The position numbers and the translations under genes were made by a program. The notes beneath the pieces were generated by a model. That model saw nothing but the letters and a program-made list of their open reading frames with translations. It made no database searches and was not told where the DNA came from. 64,000 nucleotides of DNA from Diplonema japonicum (Eukaryota > Protista > Euglenozoa: Diplonemea), in assembly GCA_964019335.1 (NCBI GenBank), contig OZ025691.1, positions 434,001 to 498,000 of the forward strand, given 5' to 3'. This document shows positions 1 through 11,958 of the stretch, piece after piece (the stretch's first letter is position 1; each line of letters begins with the position of its first letter).

Positions 1-3000
1 CAGCAGTGGCCACAGTGACGGGCATAGACGCAGCGATGGTTGAGGTGTCGCTGAGCGCAAACCCTGCCAGTGCAGATGTCATGGTATACACGGACGTGTC
101 GGACCTTAAGCGGGCCAGCGATCAGCTGAAAGAAGCTGTTGCCAACGGCATGCACATCAAAGGTGTCAGCATCACTTCAGTGGAGGTTATCTTCGTGGCC
201 GACTCCGTTCTTGACGAATGCGACACCGCTCCTTGCGGAGCCGACCAGACCTGCAACGACCTGAACCTTCGCTCTCTCAACGACTTTGTTTGCGTCTGCA
301 AGGATGGCTCTACCACTTCCATCGCCACTCCTGCGAACTGCACGGCCCCCCACCTCGCCGTCGTGTTCAGCCTCCCTGTCAACCCGCACGACCTTCTCTC
401 CGGCTTCGAGGCCGCCCTCACAAAAGAGGTTGCCCGCATCACCGGCGTCCCGCAGTCTGCTGTCGTTGACGTCGTCTTGAAAGCAGACCCCAACTCCGCC
501 TCCTTCAGGCTCTATACTCAGTCCTTCAACCTCAAGCCTCTTAAGGACCGCATCGAAGAGGTTGTGGCCAGCGGTTTGTTCATCGCAGGTGTCAAAGTCG
601 ACGCAGCCTCCATCCGGATGGTAGCAGAGAACATCAAAGATGAGTGCGACGCGAAGCCCTGCGACGAAGGGCAGTCCTGCATCGACCCTGATGTCAGAAA
701 CGAAGGCGATTTCGTGTGTTCTTGTACTGACGGGAGCTATCCGAAGGTGGGCGGTCCCACTCCTTCGTGCGAGCTGGGCTTCTCAGGTCTTCAGTCAGTG
801 GCCGAGTCTATGGAGGTGGTGGGCCTCATTGCAGGTCCCACTGCCCTTCTGTCTGCGCAGAACGCTATGCTTCACGCTACGCACTGCAACGCGCCCTTTC
901 TGTCTCCCCCCAAGGCGCTGCACCCGACGGGGATCACTGTTGGTGGCTACCCCATGGCCGGTTGTGCCATTGCGAACACAGCCATTCTTATCGGCACTTC
1001 TATATTACAGCACATCCTTGTGTTGCTCTTGGCCCATTATCTTCCTGACAGGAGCGTGGAATCCCTCCACAAAACCTTGGGTTACCCGTTCCTTCCCCTT
1101 CGCATGTTCCTCATCCTCCTCCCGGGTTCCATCCTGTGTTCCACAGCGCTGATGTCTGACTCTACGTCCTCATGGACCTTGGTTTTGGGTGCAGTGGTGT
1201 TCTCTTTCTGGCTTGTCTGCCTTGCGGGCACTTTGCTGCTTCCCCCCGAGACCCTCACCGCCTCTTTGTACAAGAAGCAAGATGTCAACGCAGCTTACTT
1301 ACCAATCATGTTCTTCATGTTGATGTTTGTGACCACAACCACCGCGTACAGGACGCAGTTCGCCTCTACCTGCGCTGCTCAGCGCATAGTAGTGGGTGTT
1401 ATGTGGCTCGTGTACAGCTTAGTCACATTCTTCAAGAAGCCCTTCAGCCAGAACAAGCTGCAGTACAACAACATCATAACAGGCATCCTGTTCTTGCAGG
1501 CGCTGGGGTGGCTATTCCTAGCTTCCGGACTGTATGAGGGTGACGGGCAGCGCAACCATGGGCTGGTGGATGCTTCTGTTGTGATGCGGTTCCTTGCGGT
1601 GTGCGTGATCCTGCTGTGCCTTGGTATGCTGGTTGTGTACCATGGAAGGAAGATGCTTCAGAAGCGGGCGAAGATACCTATGGCATTGGTGATCTTGACT
1701 GAGGGAATGTGGGTGTGGCTGTGTGTTGGGATTATAGCCCACTGGGCACTTGCTTTCGGTGCCTTGTTGTTCTTGATATTGTACCTGCTGCTGTGCGTGC
1801 GGCAGACGAAGGACCCGGCAATAGATAGCTGTCTTGAAGCTCCGATGATTGCCGAGGACGAGGTTCTTCCAGACATCGATGATGCAGAGGCACCCCTCAG
1901 CTACACACCGCCCAGGCTCGAGGGGGAGACGGAGCAGGAGCTACCCGGCATCATGCCTCTTGCTGCTTTGGAAGGTTTGGGTTCCCACGAGTCTCCCTTA
2001 AAGCGAGAGGACACCTCAATGGTCCTGGAACAGGAACAAGCCGAACAGCACAAACGGTACCAAGAAGAGCTGAGACGGCAACTGGAACTTCAGGAACAAG
2101 AAGCCAAGGCCTCAGAGGCAAGACAGGAACGAGAAGCCAAAGAACATGAACAGGCTAGAATAGAGCAAGAGGCGTACGAGGAGGCTATGCGGCAGCAAAC
2201 CGAGCGTGCCGAAGCAGAAAGACTGAAGCGGGAAGAGGAGCAGCAACAAGAGCAGCAGAGGGCCGAGGAAGAAGAACTGAAGAAACAAAACGAGCTGAGA
2301 AGGAATGCGGAAGAAGCCTTGCAACAGGAGCAATGGAGAGAAGCCGAGGAGCTGCGAAGAAGGGAAGAAGAGGAAGCAAGCACGTTACGGGAAAAAGAAC
2401 AAGAGTACTTTGCACAGCAGCAAGCATTGCGGCGGGAGAGGCTGCTGGAAGAGTTCCAAGTAAAGGAGCAAGAGATGTTCAGTGAAGAGGAAGAGGCAAG
2501 ACACTGGATACTACAAGAGGAGGAGGTCGCTGCCCAACGCCATGGGGAGGAAATCGCTGCCCAACGCCATGAGGCTGCTAACATCGAGCAGCAGAAAATA
2601 TATAACAATGAAGATGAAAGCGAACTGCAGTGCCCTCTGAGCAGTGTGAGTACATATCCTTCACCGGATCTGGAATCCGCAAGAGAGGTGGAACCTTTCG
2701 ACGATCGTGACACAGCGACAGAAGCGCAGAGCCCTACGGCAACTGACGCCACGGACAGCGCTTTCAATAGCACTGGACCGGACGAGGAAGGGGTGCAGGT
2801 ACGTCTTTATCATCAAAACTATATCATCCCCTTCAGGTACACATTGCAAGCTTGGAATGGACAATGGTGACGCACCTTGTTGAGGTCATTTGGGAATACG
2901 CTAAGGTATGGTTTACCGAGCTTTTTGTCAAAGTACGTTAAACCCAATCACAGGAGGGTCTGGAGGGAATGAGCGCAGAGGAACGGTATGCCGTGGAGAA

Positions 3001-3493
3001 GACACGTTCCCTGATGCTTATTGAGCCTGTGAACAAACCGGAGGTCGTGCGATGCGTGAGGGTGCTGTACGAAGGTGGGTTGGAGGTTGCATTGGATGGT
3101 GTTGCAATACCGGAGCAGAGCAAGGTCTTGCTCGAGACGATTAGCAAGAAAAAGAACAAGGTGAAGCACAAGAAGTGTTTTCTAAGTGTGGTTGAGAAGT
3201 CCCTTGTTCTTACCCAGCCCGATGGGACCTCCGTCCTCACGATACCGACTTCATTTATTTTGAGGTGTTCACCTGTGAGCACGCATCACCCCTTTGTCAC
3301 TCGCGCTTTTACCATTATGGTTTCGATTCCTGCAAGCCCTGCCCACCCTGTGAAGCTTGCTACCCACACTGTGGTTTGTGAGTCGAAAGCTTACTTCTCC
3401 TCCTGGCATTCTTGGGTCAACCATGTTATTTCAACGGAAAACGACCGTTCGTCGCCACCTTCGCCTTTTTATAACGGGGGGTCTCCCAGTTGA
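1..3493 (+). CDS. Large surface/membrane protein, 5'-partial: repeated SEA-like + EGF-like modules, multi-pass TM region, E/Q-rich coiled coil, possible C-terminal PH-like domain
   Basis: ORF 6-2870 has two 6-Cys EGF-like units (DECDTAPC..C..FVCVC; DECDAKPC..C..FVCSC) and more than 7 hydrophobic segments. It joins in frame to ORF 2969-3493 through GT-AG introns 2799-2836 (38 nt) and 2906-2953 (48 nt). Confidence 0.75.
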
Positions 3494-4003
3494 GTTTTTT
3501 TTCTCTTTTTGTTAGTTGTATTTTTTTTTTTTTTTTTTTTGTGTTTATGCTTAGTTCCCTCCAAGTCCCTGTTCCTGAAACTGATATATACTGTAAGACA
3601 AAAGATTTGACGAAATGGGACAAACAAAAAAAAAAAAACAAAAAAAAAAGAAAAACGTTTGTGGAAATTTTGTTATCGGAAGTTTTTGTCCGCCTTTTCA
3701 GTCAGGGGGCCGTGCAGGATGGAAAACGTATCGTGGCGCGCGTTCCCGATTTGAGGGTGTCAGCCTGCTGCTCAAGACAAAAGGTCGGCTGAATTTTCTT
3801 TTCAAAGGAACCCCCCCCCCCCCCCCCCCGTAGTAAAATAGTAATAGTAATAGTAAAAGATTGCCGAGCGGAAATACGGTTCGTCAGTTTTTTGTTTTAC
3901 AGTAACATTTTTTTTTGTAACTTTTTTTTTTTTCTCCTATGAACTACCCTTTTTTTTTTTGTTTTTGTCCAGAACTTTTTTTTTTTTTTTTTTTTTTTTT
4001 TGT

Positions 4004-4032
4004 AAGGGTGGTCCTCAGTGGGATTTGCCCTT
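4004..4032 (+). repeat. Dispersed hairpin motif, copy 1 (AAGGGTGGTCCTCAGTGGGATTTGCCCTT)
   Basis: About 25 of 28 aligned positions match 6352-6379; arms are self-complementary. Confidence 0.6.
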
Positions 4033-4324
4033 AAACATCGCCTTTTTTTTTGTTTTACGTAGTACCATTGCGGGTTAATTATCCGATTTTTTTTTCTTAC
4101 CCCCCACCTCTTTTTTCGCAAACTTATGTGTAACGTGTTTTTGCAAAAAAAAAAAAAAAATAATAATAATAATAAAAATAAAAAACACTCCTTTGCATTT
4201 TTTTTTTCTACCAGCCCCTCCACCCACGCCCTCTTTTTTTTCATTTATTTATATTGTTGTGTGTTTTCAACCAGAAAAAAAAGGGGGGGAGGGGAGGAGA
4301 GGGATACAAAAAAAAAAAAAGAAA

Positions 4325-5410
4325 ATGTGGAAGGGCATAGCAATATTAGTTTTGGTGCTGCCGATATTCTCGATTCTCTGGGTTGCAGGAATAATGTTGT
4401 ATGATTTTGTGGCGGACATCGAGAATTTTTCAATGGAGGAGAACTATGACACCCTGATGGGTGACGGTGCTACCAGTTTCAAAGACGTCATCAAAGAAGG
4501 CTCAACGGTCCGAAGACGAAACTGGACGAAGAGCGCCTCGCAAAACAGGGAAGGCTATGCAGGAAACAACTGTACAAGCAACACGGACCTCCTCGTGCAA
4601 AAAGAATGGTGGTGCAACCACACCACCAAAATGTGCGACAGCGATAAGAAATCACCGCAATATAAACACGCAAAAAGGTGCAAAAACACACCCATATGTT
4701 GCAATTCAAAGACCATGCTGATCGGTCTTCGTGTAGCCGCTGCACTTCAACAACTAAAAATGCCCTTTATGCTCACAGCAGGCACCCTTCTCGGCGCCAA
4801 GGTCTACAACGGGATTATTCCTTATGATACGGATTTCGACGTTATCGTGGTGACAAAACGAGTTGGGGTTCAGGAGGCGAAGTTTTGGAAAGCATTTCAA
4901 CGTGAAATGGCACCTTACAAAATGCGGGTACGAAGGCGCCCTAAGACAGGGCCTGTCGACTCTTACATTGTGGAATGGACGAGAAAAAACCATAATCACG
5001 TAACGCTGGAAGTTGCGGAGCCTTTCCGTAGGTATCTCGTACCGTCTAAGAACACGCTGGACGAGGATTGGAACAAAATAGGAATGAAGGCACAGCTCCC
5101 TATAGAGAAGTTCTTCCCCGTTGCGTACCTTCCCATGTATGGATGGAATTTCCCTGTACCTGCCGACGCGGTATGGTGGTTGCAATGGCAGTACGGGCCC
5201 CGTGTTCTCACGCATGTTGCGAGAAAAGGATGTACTGAGGCAACTTCTGTGATGCGGAAAATTGTGAAACGGGAGCCTCCCTTCATACCTGCTCCTATTG
5301 CGTTGCCCGAATACTGCCCCGATTGTTGTCTTTCCTCGCTTCTCCACACCATTAACCAAACCACTCCGTTCGGGGACTTGCCGTGGTCCATGGCTGGGGA
5401 AGAGTTGTGA
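4325..5410 (+). CDS. LicD/fukutin-family phosphotransferase, type II membrane protein
   Basis: ATG 4325 followed by a signal anchor (MWKGIAILVLVLPIFSILWVAG). LicD motif GTLLGA..(N)GIIPYDTDFDV and C-terminal FPVP...L..QYG. Intronless. Confidence 0.8.
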   Translation: MWKGIAILVLVLPIFSILWVAGIMLYDFVADIENFSMEENYDTLMGDGATSFKDVIKEGSTVRRRNWTKSASQNREGYAGNNCTSNTDLLVQKEWWCNHTTKMCDSDKKSPQYKHAKRCKNTPICCNSKTMLIGLRVAAALQQLKMPFMLTAGTLLGAKVYNGIIPYDTDFDVIVVTKRVGVQEAKFWKAFQREMAPYKMRVRRRPKTGPVDSYIVEWTRKNHNHVTLEVAEPFRRYLVPSKNTLDEDWNKIGMKAQLPIEKFFPVAYLPMYGWNFPVPADAVWWLQWQYGPRVLTHVARKGCTEATSVMRKIVKREPPFIPAPIALPEYCPDCCLSSLLHTINQTTPFGDLPWSMAGEEL

Positions 5411-6351
5411 AACAAAAAAAAAAAAAAAAGATTTTTTTTTTTGAGAATCCATATATATTTATATATAAGCTGTTACGACGTTTTGTACCCGGAAGAAGGG
5501 GGAAAAAAAAAAATGAAAGGACACCTATCCTTTATCTTCATCGTCTTTTTTGTTTATTTTTTCCCAATTTTTTTTTTCTTGATAACGGAAAACCTGAAAA
5601 AAATGAAAGGAAAGAAAAAAAAGAGGTCCCTCCCCCCCTTTTTTGTTAGAGGGTCAGGCGATCCTGTTGTTTCATTGCAGGTTCCCTTCAGAGGCACGTT
5701 TTTTTTTTTTTTTTTTTTATTTGTACTCTACTCTTTCTGCTATTTTTTTGTTCCTTTTTCCTCTTTCTCCTTCCGAATTCTATGCTGAAAGACCCATCAT
5801 TTTCTTTTTTTATTTTGCTTTCCTCCTCCTTTTGTTGTTTTGCCCCGTTCTCCTGAGTGCACGGTTCTTTCCCCCCCTTTTTATTTTGCTCCAGCGAAAC
5901 AGCAAGAAGTTAAGTACGTCCCAATTGTGACAGTTTTCGAAGCTGTTAGTGCAGGAGGGTCTTTCCAGCATGAGCTCCCACATGGTAGATGGTAGATTCG
6001 CTGTGATATACCTCGAAAGGCCTGAGAGCACTGTGAGTAGACCTCAGATGTCTCTAGGTTTTTGACACCTAGTAATTTTTTTTTTTTTTTTCGATTTGAA
6101 TAAAAGTGGACCCACCCGTGCGAAACTAAGGGTTTTTTTTTTTTTTTTTTTTTTTAGCCAGTTAATTCTAGCGCTTCTTCGTCTGAACGCGAAACAAAAA
6201 GCTTTTCAAAAAATAAAAAAGAAACACACCCCACGGGTCCCCCCCCCCTCCCCCTCCTGTTTTTGTCCTTTGAAAAGAAAAAGACAACAAAGAAAGAAAC
6301 CGAAAGAAAAGGGAGCGACGGCCCCTTTATAAATGTTTTCCCTGTTTCCCC

Positions 6352-6379
6352 GGGGTGTCCTCAAGTGGGACTTGCCCTT
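6352..6379 (+). repeat. Dispersed hairpin motif, copy 2 (GGGGTGTCCTCAAGTGGGACTTGCCCTT)
   Basis: Matches 4004-4032, same orientation. Confidence 0.6.
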
Positions 6380-7400
6380 GCACCCCCCTCTTTTTTTTTT
6401 CCTGCTCCTAAAAAGAAAAAGAAAAACCATGAAATGAGGAACAAGAAGAACTCTATTTGTTCACCACTCCAGATCTATGCTATCCTCTAGCTGGCCTTTA
6501 AGCCTTCAAGGAAGAAACATTGTTATTGGTCCATCAGGGAGTTCTAAAAAAAGAAGAGTCGAGTCCACTGTGACCCGAGCTCAGCTTTCTCTGAGGGCAC
6601 GGGAAAAAAAAAGATCGGGGAGAAGAACGGAAGTTCAACATTGATTGAATCTTTAGTTTTGCGTGCATGCATCTAAAAATAGCATTTAAAAAGAATAAAC
6701 TGGGGGGAGGGGGGCTTTTCGTTTTGAATTTCTTTTTCTTTTTAACATATACATATTTTTCAAATGGGGCCTCTTCATTTTGCCACAGAGGGGTTTTCTG
6801 TTGACACTTCTACAGTGAACCCATTTGCAGCAACGCAAAAACAAGAGAGCAGGTCTTCGAGCCAAGGTCTCAAAGTAGGGATGTCTAAGAAAGGACTACA
6901 ATTTAAAAAAAGAATTTTTTTTTTTTTACTTTGTCTTCTGAAGATATTCTTTCGCGGGTAGGAGCACCTTTATAGTTTGATTTTTTTGATTTTGCAAAGA
7001 ACGGGTCATTTGATTTGGTCACAGCAAAAGAAGAAGAAAATAAAAAGAAGAACTAACGGCTGGGGGGGGTTTCTCTGTTTTTTTATTGAAACCGGAGCAC
7101 TATCTGGTGAGCGCTGAGAATGCGAACCTTAAATTGTCTAGTTTCTGCCATGAATGCAGAACTGTTTCTTTTTCTCAAACGAACGCTTTTCTTTTCTTCT
7201 TTTCTCCTTCCCCCCCCCCCCCCCCCGGAAAAAAGGCAACTTCCCTATCACACGGAGAGAGGGGGGGGGAGGATCCCCATTCTACTTTTTTGTTTTTCTT
7301 TGTGTAATCGGCTATGATTGACCATTACTTTTTTTTTTCTGCTTTTTTTTGTTTTTTTTTTTTCCCCCGTTCTGCCCGCCTTCCATCTCAACCAGGGTCC

Positions 7401-8645
7401 ATGCGGTCGGATCACTCCGACGATGCAGAGGTGCCCAGCTTCGTGTGTAGCCCTCGCACAATTCTAGGACGAAAGGGCGACGGTCACAACGTGGTGCTAA
7501 GCGAAACAAGCGAAGAAGAAGGAAAACATGGTAAAGGATGGCGGCCACCCGCACCTGAGGAAATAGACCTGTCATTAAGCAGCATACAAAGCATAGAGAA
7601 CTCCAAAGCGCTCAAAAAGAAAGGTTCTAAACACCACAGAAAAACACGTCGAAAGGCCTCCTCGGACACCCATTCAGACCATGACATCTGGGAAGACGAA
7701 CGCACGAGCCTCCTCGAGAGGGTGGCGGAACTCACTTCGGCTAACGAGCTGCTCCACTGCAACAACGCACTGTTAGTACAGAAAGCGGAGGGGCTCTCTC
7801 TAGCTTTAGAGGCTGAAAAACAGCTTTTCGATTCAGCGTCACCTACCCGCCGCCTTCTAGCTTCTGTAGAGGAGAAGCACAACCACATCGCACAGGAGCA
7901 CATTTACCGAGCAACAGAGCTGAAAGAACAACTTGATGATTGCAGGAAGCACCTCATTGAGGAGCGCTCTACTGTGAAGGAGTACCGGGGGCAGATTAGA
8001 ACACTGACCGCTGCTTTGGTATGAAAAACCAAAAAAAGAAAGGGAAATGTTTTTTTTTTTCAACTTGCAGAATGAGGCCAACTGGGCCAGCGAGAACGGG
8101 AAGATGGCACACTGCAGCGATGCCTCGCACCATAAGCTCGAGGAACGAGTTGCCGACCTCACTGCGACATGTGAGGAGAGAGACGCCATGATACGGAGCT
8201 TGGTATGTTGTTCGATTTACATCTTACAACAAAGCAGCTTTCTGAGCTCGACAGAACTACGCCTCGTGAGCACCATGAGGAGGTGAGCATCGGTCTGGTG
8301 ACGCCCATCAAGTTTGTCAGCTCGCCCCAGGAGGCAGAGCGTGCAGGGTTGCGAGCGGCAAGCGACGCGCTTGACATAGCAAATAAAACAATTGAGAAGC
8401 GGCTACGTGACGGCAGGTCCCCTCCGCATACACCCAACCAACACATCAACAACATCAGCCTTGAGAGCTCGTCAGTGCCGCTCAGTATTCTAAGCCGCGC
8501 TGCCCCCGTAGCTACACCCTCCAGAACACCCCCCACACCTAACATCATCACAAGCCCCTCCAGAATGAAGGGCAAACCACAGACACGGTCACCTAACGGG
8601 CTCGAACATCGACGTAACCTTCACCCCCACCCTTATAGTGAGTAG
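7401..8645 (+). CDS. Hypothetical coiled-coil protein with Ser/Pro-rich tail
   Basis: Three ORFs join in frame through introns 8019-8070 (52 nt) and 8203-8234/8237 (tandem AAG/CAG acceptor). Heptad-rich central region. Confidence 0.65.
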
Positions 8646-8696
8646 TTGTTGGCAAAACATGTCCCGCTTTCACAGCCAGCAGGTGAACGAAAGAAA

Positions 8697-9919
8697 ATGG
8701 CAAGCTTCCTCTCGAAAGGGGGGCGGTCGAAGGCACAGGTCATGGAAGAGGTGCTGCTCGGAATCTACGGGAGATCGAAGACCCTAGAGCCTCTTGGACA
8801 GGCCATCAGCGACAGAGGACGGCTGCTGCATGCCGATGCGGTGGGTGTGATCAACTTCCTGTCGCTGTACCACTACTACGACAAGCCATCTGGGTTTGTG
8901 AACAAGGCGAAGGACATTGTGGACAACGTGCACGATGTGCTGGGGAGGCATAGGGTGCAGAAGAAGGATGAAGTCCCTGAGCGGTTGGGCGAGGCAACGG
9001 AACAGGAGCCCTTGCTGGGAGGGCTGCGAACAGGAAAGGTAATGGGGGAGGCTCGGCCAGCTGGTGACGGGCAGCAATGGTACCCCACTGTGTTGTGGGC
9101 GTTCAGTTTGAACAGGTTGGCAGTCGCTCTCGACGACCCCAGCTACAACATCCTGGCAGCGCAGCTCATGATCGTGTCTGGGATAAGGTTCCTTCAGAAG
9201 ACGATAGCACCCGACGACGAGCTCGTCGAGGCACCGTCCATCTACACCCTTGCTCCCCGCATGAGCATCGACCTCACGCAGGCACTCCCTGGGAAACACC
9301 GTGCTACAGACACCTTGATCGGTGCCTTTGTGTCGGGTGTTATCTTAAACGGCATGGGGCCTACCGCCGACGTGCAGATAAGAAAGAGTCTCGAAGGGAT
9401 CGAGAGGCGGCTCACAACGATGTGGCTCGGCACGTCTGAGGAGGACATCGACATCCTGCGACAGGACCCGATGCAAGTGGGCGACCTGCTGATGGCGGCT
9501 GCTTGGGGTGAGAGAAAGAAATGGAGTGCTGATGTTACAAGCTTGTCGGCAGACGCCGTTAAGTGCCTTGTTCAAGACCTCCCTGGCAGGCCCCTTGCCC
9601 AGAGGCACCCACCTGGCGAGCTGTGGATGCTCGCAGGCCTCAACAACATCGAGCCGTCTGCACTCCCGAAGGAGACCATTGATGGAGCACAGGAGCTGCT
9701 GAATTACATAGGCCCGCGGATGTCTATGTGGGGCCCCATTGGTTCGGTATGTCACGCCTCTAGAGCTTCACACACCACGCACAGCTGTATTACATCCCTG
9801 CCGCGTTTGGCGGCTGCTACCAGCCACGTTGGATCGTGTCCTGCAAGGGATATGCCTATCAGCAGCGCAATGACCCGTCGAACTACCGGGGTGACATCAA
9901 CAAGATAGGGGAGATCTGA
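8697..9919 (+). CDS. Uncharacterised protein resembling the fungal/bacterial family with GRYLWTDAF...VHxxLG...GGLRIGK...DGQYxHYL motifs
   Basis: Motifs GRLLHADAVGVINFLSL, VHDVLGR, EPLLGGLRTGK, GDGQ, WAFSLNRL, RMSIDL. Intron 9747-9784 (38 nt) gives a C-terminus ending at TGA 9917-9919. Confidence 0.65.
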
Positions 9920-10038
9920 GAGGGTTTTTCTTTTTTTGAGCAGGGGTTTCTTTTTATTGCGGTGGTGCCTACTGCTGATGGCAACCATGGAAGTGACCTT
10001 TTTGTCGTCATCCCGTTCACCACATCATAAGGTTCATC

Positions 10039-11693
10039 ATGTCGAAGATCGATGCTGCGGAGGTAAAGGGGTGGGCGACGCTGACGCGTGAAGAAGGCAG
10101 AAAGCTGTACAGCGCGGACGATGAGGATATCAGCGATGACGATGACTACGATGACGACTACGGCGAGGTGATGGGGGATGTGCAGCCCGGCGGTGGTGGG
10201 GGTGGGTCCGGACCGAACAAGCAGCCGCAGACACAGAGCACCATGCAACCCACGACACACAACAAAGTGTGGAGCAAGATCAACACAGACTCCTCGCACA
10301 GTGCCTCCAAGTCCGTAGCCGCAGCGGAAAGCATCCACACATCCGGGAACATTGGGCACAGCAGAGACAAATCAGAGCGTGCCACCACCGAGCAGGTGAT
10401 GGACCCACGTACCCGTATTATCCTCTTCAAGCTGGTGAACGCAGGTTGGCTGGACTCGATCAACGGGTGTGTCTCAACAGGTAAGGAAGCGAACGTGTAC
10501 CACGCAAGTGGCAAGGAGGGTCTTGACTACGCCATCAAGGTGTACAAAACCAGCATTCTGGTGTTCAAGGACAGAGACAAGTACGTGAGCGGAGAGTACC
10601 GGTTCCGAAAGGGATACTGCAAGTCCAACCCCAGGAAGATGGTCCGCACTTGGGCAGAGAAGGAGTGTCGTAACCTGAAGAGGCTGTACCAGGCAGGCAT
10701 TCCGTGCCCCTCTGTCGAGATCCTCCGTCAGCACGTGTTGGTGATGTCGTTCATCGGGAAGAACGGGTGGCCCGCACCGAGGTTGAAGGACGCGAACATT
10801 TCGGCGGAGACGGCGAGGTCGCTTTACGTGGACCTCATCAAGATGATGCGCACTATGTTCCACACGTGTCACCTGGTGCACGCTGACTTGTCGGAGTTCA
10901 ACATTCTGTATATGAACCATAAGTTGTACATCATTGATGTCTCGCAGTCGGTGGAGCACGACCACCCGCACGCGTTGGACTTCCTCCGAAAAGACGTGAT
11001 GAACGTGACAGACTGGTTCAGGAACAAGGGGCTGCTGGTCATGAGGGTATGCTTTCAAACGAAAGAAAGAAGAAGAAAAAAAAACCAAAAAAAAAACAAG
11101 GTACCGGAGCTGTTTACGTTCGTGATTGACTCGAGTATAGGGGACAACGTGGATGAGTACTTGGACATGGCTATGGAACGCATTCAGGCAAGGACGACAG
11201 AGCAAACTGCGCAGGAGAAGGTATGCACATCAACAACACCCAACACATGAATGACACCCCACAGATCGACGAAGAGGTGTTCAAGAACCTCCACCTCCCC
11301 CGTTCCTTCTCCGAGATCGGTAACATTGAAGCATGGCAGAAACGTATTGAAAGGGGAGATGCTGATCGAGGTGTCATCGATGCATTTATGACTAGAAGCG
11401 TGCGACCCGAATTCAAAAACGAAGCACAGGGGGAAGACAAAGAAAAAGATGAAGGGGAGGAAGAAGAAGAAGAAGAAGAGGACGAAGACGAGGATGAGGA
11501 AGACGAGGAAGATGACCAGACGCAGTCCAAGACCGCAATCTACGACAGAAAATCCACCGAAACTACAGAAGAAAAGCGGGAACGGAAGAAGGCCGTGAAG
11601 CAAATGCAGTCGGAGAAGCGAAAGATCAAGAAAGAGAAGCTCCCGAAACACCTTAAAAAGAGAAAGGAAAAGCAAAACAAGGGGAAGAAATAG
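10039..11693 (+). CDS. RIO1: Serine/threonine kinase RIO1 (40S subunit maturation)
   Basis: [52 protein letters not shown]. Introns 11047-11100 and 11221-11264 restore MRVPELF and EKIDEEVFK. Acidic and basic tail. Confidence 0.95.
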
Positions 11694-11958
11694 GTTCTCC
11701 TTTTTTTTTTCTTCTTCTTTTTTTTTTTTTACTTTTCACTTTTTTTTTCTCTTTTTTCGTTCCCCTCTTTTTTCTTCATCACGCCCCCCCCCCCCCCCCC
11801 CCACTCACACACATTTTTTCTTTTCTTTGCTGTGTTTCGTTTCTAGACAGTATCACCCTGCTGCCTCATTTACCTAACTGACCCTTGGCTAGTATGCAGT
11901 ATCATATTAATATTAAGTCTTGATATTCGCTAACCCAGCACCATTACAGGCACCGGCA

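Noticed and set aside
4016-4021. CAGTG loop as an iron-responsive element
   Set aside because: No 5-bp upper stem with a C bulge, and the second copy has CAAGTG.
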